Assembly: GCA_963707985.1 (NCBI GenBank)
Contig: CAVPRW010000028.1
Location: 20,135 to 84,134, forward strand
Length of the DNA: 64,000 nt
Origin: an uncultured Nitrospinota bacterium
Lineage (GTDB): Bacteria; Tectomicrobia; Entotheonellia; J063; CAVPRW01
Reading direction: 5' to 3'
The notes below the pieces were generated by a model, which was not told the origin of the DNA, ran no database searches, and was given only the letters and a program-made list of their open reading frames with translations. The stretch's first letter is position 1; each line of letters begins with the position of its first letter. The translations under genes were made by a program, and so were the position numbers. Shown here piece by piece: positions 31,644 through 41,223 of this stretch.

Positions 31644-34600
31644 GAGCCAGGTGAAGGGGGCCAAGCCGGCTCAAGAGGAGCCCATTGGTTCCCTCTCCCT
31701 CCGGCGGGAGAGAGGTAGGGTGAGGGCGGATCCGAGCGAGTTCGGCAGCTTGTCTCCTCTGACCCCGGTCCTCTCCCAGGGGGAGAGGGAGTTTTATCCC
31801 AGCGCCTATAACCAGCAGGAGAGACAGGTTGCATTCGGACTCTCCACACGATATGTCGTCGGCTACTTGGTGCAAGCAGTGCTGGTACAGCCAACGCTCC
31901 TTGGGGCTGGCGATGATGTGGTCGAGCAGGTAGAGGGTATCGGTATCCCCGACGTCATCGAGGTGTCGGTTGGAAACAGCACGGTGTGGCTGACCGTGAT
32001 GGACATCAAAGACAGCCCCGCGCCACGGTATGCCCAGCAGTGGCAGGTGGCCTTCTATGCAGCTCTTCTGAAAGCATCCCTCCAGGGCTACACCCTTGCC
32101 CTGCCGGTGCGTGTAGCCGACAGCGGGGTGATCGTCACCCGGCAGACAGATCCGGACGGGGAACCAGCCCGGCACACATTTGACCTGGCCCCCTATTTAG
32201 CCGCTCTGCCGCTGCTTCAGCGCCACATCACCGGCATCCTGACGACGCGGGTATTGGAAGCGCCTTGGCAGTTGCAACCGCACTGTCGGTCGTGTGCCTA
32301 CTTCGACACCTGCTATCGCCAGGCCTTGTCCACCGACGATGTGATGTTGCTGCCGCACCTGACGGCGGGCGAGCATGTGAAGTTGCGCATGCTCGGCTTG
32401 CGTACTCTGCCACAGGCGGCCCAGTGGTTTCAGGAGGACACCGAGCGCCGCGACACACCCTTCAGCCCGCAACAAGCGACCAGCCTCGGCGCACGGTTGC
32501 GCGCCTTGTTGGACAACCGTCTGGAATTGCTGGCTGAGAGCACCACATTGTATCCGGCGAATATCGCCGCTGTTATCTTTATGCACCTGTTACGCGATCC
32601 GCTGAGCGGTCGGCCACGAGCCTGGGGCTTACATCGTCTGGCACAGGGTGTACCGCCCGAGGAGCCCCGCTACTGGGTGGCTGCCCACGAGGCGGAGGAG
32701 CCAACCTGCCAGCAAGCGTTCATCGCAACCTTACAGGCTTGGTGGCGGGCAGCCATTACAGCAGATCAGGGGCCACATCTGGTAACGTTTGGGTCCGGGA
32801 GCTTACAGGTGCTGCAAGAGGCCATGCATGATGCCCCGGAGTCGGCGGCGCTGGACTTTTTGTGGGCCACAGAGCGGCATACCGACCTCCAGCAGCTATT
32901 GAGCCGACATTTTGCGCTGCCGATTCCTCTGGGGACCACGCTGACGACCGCCGCCCAGGTCTGGGGCCTTGACCCTACCATGGCGCCGTCCGCAGGGCTA
33001 CTTCAGGGTGCAGGGGAGGATGAAGCGGAGCTGTTGCTCCATAACTGCCTCGATGCGACGCAGGTGGCGCAGATCGAAGGCTACCTCCGGACGCACCTGG
33101 CGTTGCAGCAACACCTGTGGCAAGCCTGTACCGCCTCCCTGCGCAGCGATCGGCCACAGCACCGTTGGGACGATTCGACACCCGACTCAGAGCAAACCCT
33201 GGAACGCAGCTGCGTTGATTTCCTGGAGCAACAGCAGCGCTGGCGTGAACAGGATATCCTGGCGTTGCAACGCCTGCCGCTCACCGAACGCGCGGAGCGC
33301 TACCGCACCCTCGGGCCTCTGGCGTTTCAGGAGACTACGCTGGATGCCGAGGGCCGCTTTCTGTACCAGTTCCGGCTGCCGTCGGAGGCGCCGCCAGCAC
33401 GCTTTCGTGCCGGTGATTTTCTCAGATTGAATGCAGTCGGCAGCCCTGACCTCCAGGAGGGCATCCCCATCCTGCTGGCGCGCTATGAGCCGCACGATCA
33501 ACGCCTCGCTGTCATCGCCCGACAGGGGCGCCCTGCCCTGAGCAAACAATTGCGCTACACGCTAGATGAGGATCTCGATGATTGGACAACCCCCAGGATG
33601 CTGCATGCGGTGCATGAGGCCTTGACGCCGGGCAAACATCCCCATCTCACTGCCCTCCTGGCCGGCACCCTGCCGCTCGCGCAGCCGATGCCTGGCCTGG
33701 CATGGGCGCAGCGCTGGCTGGCACAGCTGGACCTCAATACACGCCAACGCGAGGCACTGCTGCTGCCATTCCGGAGCCGCCTGGGTCTGATCGAAGGTCC
33801 ACCGGGCACTGGCAAGACCCACGTGCTGGCCTGCATGCTCATCGCCCTGATCCTCGAAGCTTGGCAGGCGGGACATCCTCTACGCCTGGCCGTCAGTGCC
33901 CTGACGCACCAGGCGATCGACAACGTCTTGCGGAAGGTGCAACAATTGCTACGGGGATCAGCGCTGGAAACATTTCCGGGTCGCTGCTTGAAATGGGGTC
34001 GGCGCCTGTCGCTAACCTCTGACGATGGCGATGGGCCAGCACTCACGTATGTGGAAGATGCCGCAGAGGTGCTAGAGACCCCCCACCTGATCCTTGGCGC
34101 CACCGGCTTCGGACTGTACCAACTGTTCGACAGTCGGTCAGGGGCCTTTCCGGCCTTTTTTGATTGGGTGATCCTTGACGAGGCCTCGCAATTGCTGCTG
34201 CCACAGGCGTTACTCAGCCTCATCTATGGCAAGGGACACTACATCTTCTGCGGCGATGTCCAGCAACTGCCACCGGTCGTCCTGGGGCCGCAACCAGCCG
34301 AGGAGAAGGCGGTACCAAGCCGCTCGATCCTGGCCCACCTGCTGGCAACCTATGGTACCAGTGGTGCCAGCGCACGGGTGCGTCTGAATGAGACCTATCG
34401 CCTGAACCGGGAGCTCTGCCAGTTGCCCAGCCGCTTGTGGTACGAGGATGATCTGCTTCCCGCTCCGGCCAATGCTGATGCGCGCCTGGCGCTGCCAACC
34501 ATGCAGCAGCCCGACCTGGTGGACGCGATTCTGGCCCCGCAACACCCGGTGACGCTCGTGTTGGCCGAGCACGCCACCGCTCATCAGCACGCTCCGGTGG

Positions 34601-35040
34601 AGGTCGACATCGTCGCCACGCTGGCGGCACGCCTGTTGCTCGACTGCGGTATGGGGCCCGAGCGCCTGGCCATCGTGACCCCACATCGAGCCCAAAACAA
34701 CGCCATTACCAGGCGTCTATCGCAGTTACTTGCCGAACACGGCGGCGGGGTGACCTTGCCGGTCATCGATACCGTCGAGCGTTTGCAGGGAGCGGAGCGC
34801 GATATCGTGCTGTTTTCCGTGACGACTTCCGATCCGGATCATCTCGCCAGTGCTTTTCTGAACAACCCCAACCGTTTCAACGTCGCCATTACGCGGGCTC
34901 GCCACAAGTTGGTGGTAGTCGGTAGCACCGCCTTCTTTGCCCAGGTGCCGCCTGACGAAACCGCCTTGCAAGCCAATTACTGCTTTAAGGCCTTCTACCA
35001 CCTCTGCCAGGAGCAGGGCTCGCTGTTCACCTGGCCGTAG
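31507..35040 (+). CDS. Cas4/Dna2-like Fe-S PD-(D/E)XK nuclease + degenerate RNase H-like region + SF1 (Upf1/Dna2-like) helicase
   Basis: GIPDVIE...MDIK...QVAFY; CRSCAYFDTC; GPPGTGKT; DEASQ; GDVQQLPP; ETYR; TVERLQGAERD; NRFNVAITRAR. Confidence 0.88.
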   Translation: MRSGMSLAGAFPCKNAKCRVLRRSRSSSTRVRRLSSPHPFAQEEHESQVKGAKPAQEEPIGSLSLRRERGRVRADPSEFGSLSPLTPVLSQGEREFYPSAYNQQERQVAFGLSTRYVVGYLVQAVLVQPTLLGAGDDVVEQVEGIGIPDVIEVSVGNSTVWLTVMDIKDSPAPRYAQQWQVAFYAALLKASLQGYTLALPVRVADSGVIVTRQTDPDGEPARHTFDLAPYLAALPLLQRHITGILTTRVLEAPWQLQPHCRSCAYFDTCYRQALSTDDVMLLPHLTAGEHVKLRMLGLRTLPQAAQWFQEDTERRDTPFSPQQATSLGARLRALLDNRLELLAESTTLYPANIAAVIFMHLLRDPLSGRPRAWGLHRLAQGVPPEEPRYWVAAHEAEEPTCQQAFIATLQAWWRAAITADQGPHLVTFGSGSLQVLQEAMHDAPESAALDFLWATERHTDLQQLLSRHFALPIPLGTTLTTAAQVWGLDPTMAPSAGLLQGAGEDEAELLLHNCLDATQVAQIEGYLRTHLALQQHLWQACTASLRSDRPQHRWDDSTPDSEQTLERSCVDFLEQQQRWREQDILALQRLPLTERAERYRTLGPLAFQETTLDAEGRFLYQFRLPSEAPPARFRAGDFLRLNAVGSPDLQEGIPILLARYEPHDQRLAVIARQGRPALSKQLRYTLDEDLDDWTTPRMLHAVHEALTPGKHPHLTALLAGTLPLAQPMPGLAWAQRWLAQLDLNTRQREALLLPFRSRLGLIEGPPGTGKTHVLACMLIALILEAWQAGHPLRLAVSALTHQAIDNVLRKVQQLLRGSALETFPGRCLKWGRRLSLTSDDGDGPALTYVEDAAEVLETPHLILGATGFGLYQLFDSRSGAFPAFFDWVILDEASQLLLPQALLSLIYGKGHYIFCGDVQQLPPVVLGPQPAEEKAVPSRSILAHLLATYGTSGASARVRLNETYRLNRELCQLPSRLWYEDDLLPAPANADARLALPTMQQPDLVDAILAPQHPVTLVLAEHATAHQHAPVEVDIVATLAARLLLDCGMGPERLAIVTPHRAQNNAITRRLSQLLAEHGGGVTLPVIDTVERLQGAERDIVLFSVTTSDPDHLASAFLNNPNRFNVAITRARHKLVVVGSTAFFAQVPPDETALQANYCFKAFYHLCQEQGSLFTWP
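31691..31790. repeat. Pair of oppositely oriented palindromic CCTCTCCC-n-GGGAGAG repeat units inside coding sequence
   Basis: CCCTCTCCCTCCGGCGGGAGAGAGGTAGGGTGAGGG (31691-31726) and CCTCTGACCCCGGTCCTCTCCCAGGGGGAGAGGGA (31756-31790). Confidence 0.75.
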
Positions 35041-35312
35041 CACAAGCTTCTCAGTACTAGGTCTTACGGCTCGCAATCATCCGCTGCGGCCCACCTTGAT
35101 GACCACTAGCCGGAAGCTTGGCCAATGACAGCGCTGAGCCTCGCGGATGAGGGGATAGCATGCAGACATGGCCACGAGATTCTTGACGCCGGTGAGGAAT
35201 GCCGCCGACTCGCGAGGGCCCGCCGAGTGCTATGCTGTCTCGTTGTCGGCGCGGCATACATCGCGGCTCTGGCGCCGCGAGCCACTGCGTTTCCGGTCAT
35301 GGGCGACCTGAG

Positions 35313-35573
35313 ATGAGCATTGCCTTGACCCCAAAGCTGGCCGCCGCCGTGCGCGCGGCCGTGGCCAACGGCGAGTATGTCAGCAGCAGCGAGGTCGTCC
35401 GCGAGGCGTTACGGGACTGGCAATTACGCCGCGCCCTGCACCAGAAGGAACTGGAGGAATTTCGGCGCTTATGGCAGGAGGGGATCGACAGCGGTCCCGG
35501 CCATCTGGCGGATATGCAGGCGATCAAGGCCGAAGCCAGACGCCGCTTTGAGCAGGCAGGGGCTGCCGAATAG
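35313..35573 (+). CDS. parD: Type II antitoxin, ParD-like RHH
   Basis: MSIALTP...AVANGEYVSSSEVVREALRDW...WQEGIDSG. Confidence 0.88.
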   Translation: MSIALTPKLAAAVRAAVANGEYVSSSEVVREALRDWQLRRALHQKELEEFRRLWQEGIDSGPGHLADMQAIKAEARRRFEQAGAAE

Positions 35574-35600
35574 CCGGCCACCGACCACACGAGGGGGAGG

Positions 35601-35912
35601 ATGCCGGACATCCGACGGACGGCGCAGGCGGAAGAAGACCTGGTCGATCTCTGGTTGCATATCGCGCAGGACAATCCCGGCGCGGCAGACCGCCTGCTGG
35701 ATGACATCGAGGACAAATGCTCCCTATTGGCTACCAACCCGCAGCTTGGGGCGGCACGTCCAGACATCGCCGCCGACTGCCGGTATGTTCCCATGGGCCG
35801 CTATCTCATCCTGTACCGTCTCATCCCGGACGGCATCGAGGTGGTCAGGGTCGTGCAAGGGTTCCGCCGCCTGGAAGACCTCTTTCCTGGGGCCTACCCC
35901 CCAGGCCCGTAG
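35601..35912 (+). CDS. parE: Type II toxin, RelE/ParE family
   Basis: AEEDLVDLWLHIAQDNPGAA...NPQLGAARPD...YLILYR...VVRVVQG. Confidence 0.9.
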   Translation: MPDIRRTAQAEEDLVDLWLHIAQDNPGAADRLLDDIEDKCSLLATNPQLGAARPDIAADCRYVPMGRYLILYRLIPDGIEVVRVVQGFRRLEDLFPGAYPPGP

Positions 35913-35956
35913 GAAGATAAAAACGTTTCTTTCCCTTGACACCCGAGGAGTGACAG

Positions 35957-36289
35957 ATGGAGCAGGTGATCCCGAACCCCCCCGTCAAAAAGGCCTGGCC
36001 CCTGATGACGCCCGCAGAGCGTCTGGCCATCTGGGAAGACGCACGCCTGGCCTGGAGCCCATGACGCAGCGGATGTGATCGCGCATATCGAGCGGGGCCG
36101 GGACGAGGCGGCCCGCGAGCTGCCACCACATGTGCAGTATCCAGTGTACACGCTCGACACCAACATCATCATCGACTATTTCAACGGTGAAGCGCCCATT
36201 CTGGCCTTTCTGCGCGAGCAGACTGAACAGGGGGCGCCCTTATTTGTCTCCGCAGTGACGGAGCACGAGCTGTACAAGCTATCCGCACC
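35957..36289 (+). pseudogene. VapBC-like TA module; PIN toxin truncated by the transposon end
   Basis: Short frameshifted antitoxin-like ORF, then YTLDTNIIIDYF...VSAVTEHEL (PIN N-terminus) ending at TGTCAG 36290. Confidence 0.7.
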
Positions 36290-36445
36290 TGTCAGTTACA
36301 GAAGTAAATGCAACTTACTGAACGAAAAATCAATCACTTACGACTTATCCCGTACAAAAGATGCTGCAATTTTTCACACAAGGAGGTGCAATTGGCCGTA
36401 TACTCACAGCAGTCAATGCAACTGGCCTCCCCTGGAGCTTCACTG

Positions 36446-38416
36446 ATGCCGGTACGAAGCGCTCCCGAGCACTCCAGCCCTCTCCCCACCGTGGCCAACG
36501 ACGCTCAGGGCCACGCGGATCGTGCGTGGGCCTCGACACGTGAGCGGATACGTTTGACACCAGGCGCCGAGGTCGCCGTCGGTGCACGCCACTACCAGAT
36601 TGACCAGGTCCTCGACTTAGAGACCGTCCTTGCCCACGACCTTGAATCCGGCAAGCTATCACGATTCAAGGTCAGCGACCTGGGACCCGTCATCACACCA
36701 TCCGATCCGCCACACCCAGCCGGTGAGGAGGACCTGGTGGGGATCTCCGAGGCGATGTGGCAGATTGCCCGGGAACGCTTCGCCATTATCCGTCCGTTGC
36801 TCCTGACCCCACGCGCGACCTTGGCCCAGGTGGGTGAGCGTGCAGGTACCGCTGGGGTCAATCGCGTCACCGTCTACCGCTGGCTGCGACGGTATCAACG
36901 GAGCGGTCGACTCTCGAGCCTGCTGCCTTCGGAGCGCAGCGGGGGCCGCGGCCACAGCCGGCTGGCTCCTGACGTGGAGCCGATCGTGCAGGCCACGATC
37001 GAGGAGGTGTATCTCTCTGAGCAGAAGTCCTCGGCGCAGCAGACGTGTGTAGAGGTTCATCGCCGCTGCCGCAACGCGGGGCTGACGCCACCCCATCCGA
37101 ATACCATCCGCTCCCGCATCCGGCGCCTGTCCGATCACGTGCGGCTGCGCCGACGCGAGGGCCCCAGAGCGGGTGTCGAGAAGTACACACCGCTGCAAGG
37201 CACGTTTCCCGGCGCAGACGGACCATTAGCGGTGGTCCAAATCGACCACATGCTGGTGGACCTGATCCTGGTCGACGATCTCCACCGCCGTCCGGTCGGT
37301 CGGCCCTGGATCACCGTGGCCATCGATGTCTTTAGCCGCATGATCGCGGGGTGTTACGTCAGCTTCGATCCGCCGGGGGCCATGGCGGTTGGGCTCTGTC
37401 TGGCCCACGCGATTCTGCCGAAAGAGACCTGGCTGGCCAAGCACGAGATCGCGACGTCCTGGCCGGTGTGGGGCCTCATGGACATTGTCCATGCCGATAA
37501 CGCCAAGGAATTCCACAGTCGGATGCTCCACCGCGCGTGCGAAAACTACGGGATCGACCTCCGTTGGCGGCCGGTGGCGCAACCCCAGTATGGGGGCCAT
37601 ATCGAGCGCCTGCTGGGGACCTTCAACCACGACATCCACGCCCTGCCAGGCACGACCTTCTCGAATCTCGCCGAACGGGGGGCGTATGATGCCGACCAGA
37701 AGGCCGCGCTCACGCTGGCGGAGTTCGAGCGTTGGCTGGCCATTTATATCACGGAGATTTACCACCAGCGTGTGCATCGTGAGCTGGGGACCCCGCCGAT
37801 GACCCGCTATGCGGAAGGCACCCTCGGGACGGTGGAGCGCCCTGGTCGCGGCCTGCCGGACCGCTTCCTCGAGGAGACACGGCTGCGTCTGGATTTCATG
37901 CCCTATGAAGAGCGGACCGTCCAACGCAGCGGCATCACCATCGACGAGATCTGTTACTACGATGACGTGTTGCGACCGTGGATTCGTACGACGGATCCGA
38001 CCGATCCCCAGGGACGGTGCCCCCGGAAGTTCATCGTCCGACGGGATCCGCGTGATATCAGCACGGTGTACTTCTACGACCCGGACGTCAACCAGTATTT
38101 TGCGATTCCGTACCGCCACACGACGCACCCCCCGATCAGTGTGTGGGAGCTGCGCCAGGTCCGACGTCAGCTCAAAGCCGAGGGACACAGGGCGGTCAAC
38201 GAAGACCTGATTTTTGACGCCTATAACCGCCTCCGGGCGCTCGAGGACGAGGCGATTCGAGAGACGAGGAAAGCGCGACGCGCAGCCCAGCAGCGGCGGG
38301 TGCACGGCCAGATGGAACGGCCCACCCTCTCCTCTGTGAGGCCACCGATCGCGGCTCCGGTCGACCCCATGGACGATATCCAACCCTTTGATGAGATTGA
38401 GGAGCTTGATGGCTGA
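36446..38416 (+). CDS. tniA: Mu/TnsB-like DDE transposase
   Basis: HTH (VTVYRWLRRY); QIDH, HADNAKEF, GHIERL catalytic triad; RRDPRDIS. Confidence 0.92.
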   Translation: MPVRSAPEHSSPLPTVANDAQGHADRAWASTRERIRLTPGAEVAVGARHYQIDQVLDLETVLAHDLESGKLSRFKVSDLGPVITPSDPPHPAGEEDLVGISEAMWQIARERFAIIRPLLLTPRATLAQVGERAGTAGVNRVTVYRWLRRYQRSGRLSSLLPSERSGGRGHSRLAPDVEPIVQATIEEVYLSEQKSSAQQTCVEVHRRCRNAGLTPPHPNTIRSRIRRLSDHVRLRRREGPRAGVEKYTPLQGTFPGADGPLAVVQIDHMLVDLILVDDLHRRPVGRPWITVAIDVFSRMIAGCYVSFDPPGAMAVGLCLAHAILPKETWLAKHEIATSWPVWGLMDIVHADNAKEFHSRMLHRACENYGIDLRWRPVAQPQYGGHIERLLGTFNHDIHALPGTTFSNLAERGAYDADQKAALTLAEFERWLAIYITEIYHQRVHRELGTPPMTRYAEGTLGTVERPGRGLPDRFLEETRLRLDFMPYEERTVQRSGITIDEICYYDDVLRPWIRTTDPTDPQGRCPRKFIVRRDPRDISTVYFYDPDVNQYFAIPYRHTTHPPISVWELRQVRRQLKAEGHRAVNEDLIFDAYNRLRALEDEAIRETRKARRAAQQRRVHGQMERPTLSSVRPPIAAPVDPMDDIQPFDEIEELDG

Positions 38417-38966
38417 CGCGATCTCCCATCTCCACGAGAGTGCCCGCACCGCCCTGGACCTGTCGGTGGAGGACCGGATCGAACGCATCCGTCGTCCGCG
38501 CTGGATTGGCTACACCCGCGCCATCCACATCCTCGAGCAATGGGAGGCGTTACTCACCCATCCCAGAAGCCACCGCATGCCCGGGCTCCTGATCGTGGGG
38601 GAGACGAACGCGGGCAAGACCATGCTGGCCAACCGCTTTGTCCAGTTGCATCCCGCCTGCGAGCATCCGGACGGCGAGGCGGCGGTGGTCCCCGTCCTGG
38701 CGATGCAGGCCCCGCCCGGACCGGATGAGAGTCGCTTCTACCATGGGATCTTCGAGACGCTGTGTGCGCCGGACCCGCCCCGCGAACGCGTGGCCAAACA
38801 GCAATTTCAGGTCCTGCGGCTGCTCAAGCAGATCGACATACGGATGCTGATGATCGATGAGATCCACAACATCATCACCGGGCCTGTGAGCAAGCAACGG
38901 CAGTTTTTGAATGTGCTCAAGTACCTCAGCAACGACCTTCAGACCACGAGGTCCTGCGTGTGTTGA
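38409..38966 (+). pseudogene. tniB: TniB NTP-binding protein, 3'-truncated
   Basis: RPRWIGY; GETNAGKT; MIDEIHN; similarity ends after LKYLSNDLQ. Confidence 0.85.
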
Positions 38967-39712
38967 CGGCCAAGACCGCCACCGCTCGTGCACGTGTCTT
39001 GGCGACGACGGTGCGAGGCTATCGGGGGTATCGCACGGAGGACCTGAGGCGCCTGAAGCGGCCGCCGTGGTTGCTGCGGTTGGGCCTGCGCTCGTGCACC
39101 CGTTCCCGGCCCTGGCTGCAGTATTGTCCCCAGTGTCTGCGAGGGGATGCCGATCCCTACTTCCGGCGGTGTTGGCGCCTGGCGTTCGTCACCGTCTGTC
39201 CCGCGCACGCCCGGCGGTTGCTGGATCGCTGCGAGGCCTGTGGGGCCGTCGTCAACTTTCACCGGCTTCCCGGCGATGCCGAGACGATGACGCAGTGTCA
39301 TGGCTGCCGGGGCGATCTGCGTTGTGCCCAGGCGCCGACGTTACGGAGGACTGCGGGGGATTACCGTTTGGTCCAATTCCAAACGTTCCTGCTCACCACG
39401 ATGCGGACGGGGACGTGCCGAGTCGTGGGCTCCAGTGCCATCCAGGGCGCGCCGTTCTTCGGGATGTTGCACCGGCGCGTGCGGATGTTCCTGACCACGA
39501 GGCATGCGCCAGCCTTCAAAGAGGCCTTTGGTGCGTATGGGCCATTGATGTGGTTACCCTCCGACCATGCCTCTCCTGCCCCGCGATCGATGGAGGGGCT
39601 CGGTGTCGAGGATCGCTTCACGCTCATGCGGTTTGTCTCTTGGTGGTATGGCCAGTGGCTCGCACCATTGATGCTGCGGACTGTCGAAGCCCAGCTGGGA
39701 GGGGCGGGATAA
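38960..39712 (+). pseudogene. tniQ: TniQ, 5'-truncated
   Basis: QYCPQCL...YFRRCWRLAFVTVCPAH...LDRCEACG...CHGC zinc-binding motifs; N-terminal TniQ region missing. Confidence 0.8.
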
Positions 39713-39800
39713 CTCCCATTTCGCAGAAGGCCGGGAGTGCGAAGCGGATCCTGAGTTTTGACGTGGTTTTCTCCCTCCACTATGCTGAAAAGGCCCATGT

Positions 39801-40505
39801 ATGCGTACTCCATCCGTAAACGCGAAACGCGACGAAACTCTCAAATCCCTCATTGCGGCCACCACCAAACTCTGGCGAGCCCACCATCTCACCTACGACC
39901 AAGCCCGGTATGTGGCCAAAGAAGTATGCCGCGCCCTCGCGCTTGAACGGCCGAAGACAAGAAAGCGAGTCGTGGCGCGGCTCTCCCGCGACAAGGAACG
40001 ACGGCTTATCAGCCACGCCTACCGCATGAAAGGCACGCGGGGTCTCCTCATCAAGACCCTCTTCCAGACCGGCGCCCGAGTCTCGGAGTTTGTGAACATC
40101 AAGGTGAACGAGTTCTTCTTTGATGAACAGATGATCTTGATCTCCAAAGCCAAAGGCGGCAAGAGCCGGTATGTACCGATCCTGCCCGAGCTGGCCCAGG
40201 AATTGAGAACGCACCTTGGCGATCGCGCTGCGGGCTACCTCTTTGAAACCATTCATCACACCCCCTACTCACCGCGCCGCATCCAGCAGATCATCAAGGA
40301 GACCGCGGACGCAGCCAAGATCACCAAACGCGTATACCCGCATCTCCTGCGCCACTCGGTGGCAACAACCCTTCTGGAACGCGGGATGCCCTTGGAGCAA
40401 ATCCAGAAGTTCCTGGGCCACTCCAAACTCGAAACGACCCAGATTTATGCCGAGTCAACGCCCGAGATGATCAAGGAGAGCTATCAGAAAGCGCTGGCTG
40501 GTTGA
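39801..40505 (+). CDS. Short tyrosine recombinase (XerD-like catalytic domain; not IntI)
   Basis: TGARVSE; KGGKSR; HLLRH; LGH; TTQIY; lacks the IntI-specific insertion. Confidence 0.9.
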   Translation: MRTPSVNAKRDETLKSLIAATTKLWRAHHLTYDQARYVAKEVCRALALERPKTRKRVVARLSRDKERRLISHAYRMKGTRGLLIKTLFQTGARVSEFVNIKVNEFFFDEQMILISKAKGGKSRYVPILPELAQELRTHLGDRAAGYLFETIHHTPYSPRRIQQIIKETADAAKITKRVYPHLLRHSVATTLLERGMPLEQIQKFLGHSKLETTQIYAESTPEMIKESYQKALAG

Positions 40506-40685
40506 AGTGTGTCATGAGGAGATTTCTCGTCGAGGCAAGCCGAGCGTCTCTCCGGGATGGTGCCCGGGAGATTGCTGATAACAGGCGTCGGGCAAAGCTG
40601 CCCGAAAACACCAGCCATATCACATTATGAGGTCAAATCTGCCTGATACTCAATGGTTCGGCTCAAGGGGGAAGCGTAGAAGAAC

Positions 40686-41129
40686 ATGTACGGCATACTA
40701 TTGCTACTGCACATTCTGGCAGCAACTGTCTGGACGGGTGGTCACTTGGTGCTTGCCCTAACCGTCTTGCCGCGAGTGCTCAAGGAGCAATCTCCTTCTG
40801 AACTATTTTTATTTGAGTCAGCCTATGAACGGATTGGGATACCAGCCTTACTGATTCAGGTCGCTACAGGAGTTTGGCTTGCACGTCGAGTCGTTCCAGA
40901 CGTGAGTCAATGGTTGGCTTTTGATGATCCGACTGCACGCTTGATTGGCGCGAAGCTTGTCCTCTTGGCAGTGACAATCGCCTTCGCGGTCGATGCCCGC
41001 TTAAGGATTATTCCGCGTCTGTCGGTGCAGAATCTCACATCGTTGGCGTGGCACATCATCTCCGTCACGGCAATTTCGGTTCTTTTTGTTGTTGTCGGCG
41101 TTTCATTCAGGACAGGATGGCTTTACTAA
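40686..41129 (+). CDS. CopD-like/DUF4149-type membrane protein (cassette-like)
   Basis: LHILAATVWTGG; 4 predicted TM segments; attC-like site directly after the stop. Confidence 0.7.
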   Translation: MYGILLLLHILAATVWTGGHLVLALTVLPRVLKEQSPSELFLFESAYERIGIPALLIQVATGVWLARRVVPDVSQWLAFDDPTARLIGAKLVLLAVTIAFAVDARLRIIPRLSVQNLTSLAWHIISVTAISVLFVVVGVSFRTGWLY

Positions 41130-41187
41130 GTCTAACAATCGATTCCAGCGGACAGCTTTCCGCCGCCACTGAACCGCGCCGTGAGAC
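41130..41187 (+). other. attC-like recombination site (R' core reads GTG instead of GTT)
   Basis: GTCTAAC-AATC-GATT(C)CAGCGG...CCACTGAACC-GCGCC-GTGAGAC; 58 bp; begins immediately after TAA. Confidence 0.7.
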
Positions 41188-41223
41188 CCTGCGGGCGAAG
41201 GCTCTGAACACAAAGGAAAACGT

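Noticed and set aside
31900..32330. Cas4 of a CRISPR adaptation module
   Set aside because: The nuclease is embedded in a helicase fusion, and there is no cas1/cas2
24492..35040. Canonical BREX or Shango
   Set aside because: No PglX/PglZ/PglW/BrxC or TerB-domain gene recognisable in the window
36446..39712. CRISPR-associated transposon (CAST) or Tn7
   Set aside because: No Cas effector, array or TnsA; the ends and gene order fit Tn402/Tn5053
39801..40505. Integron integrase IntI
   Set aside because: Too short, lacks the IntI-specific insertion, and is co-oriented with the cassettes
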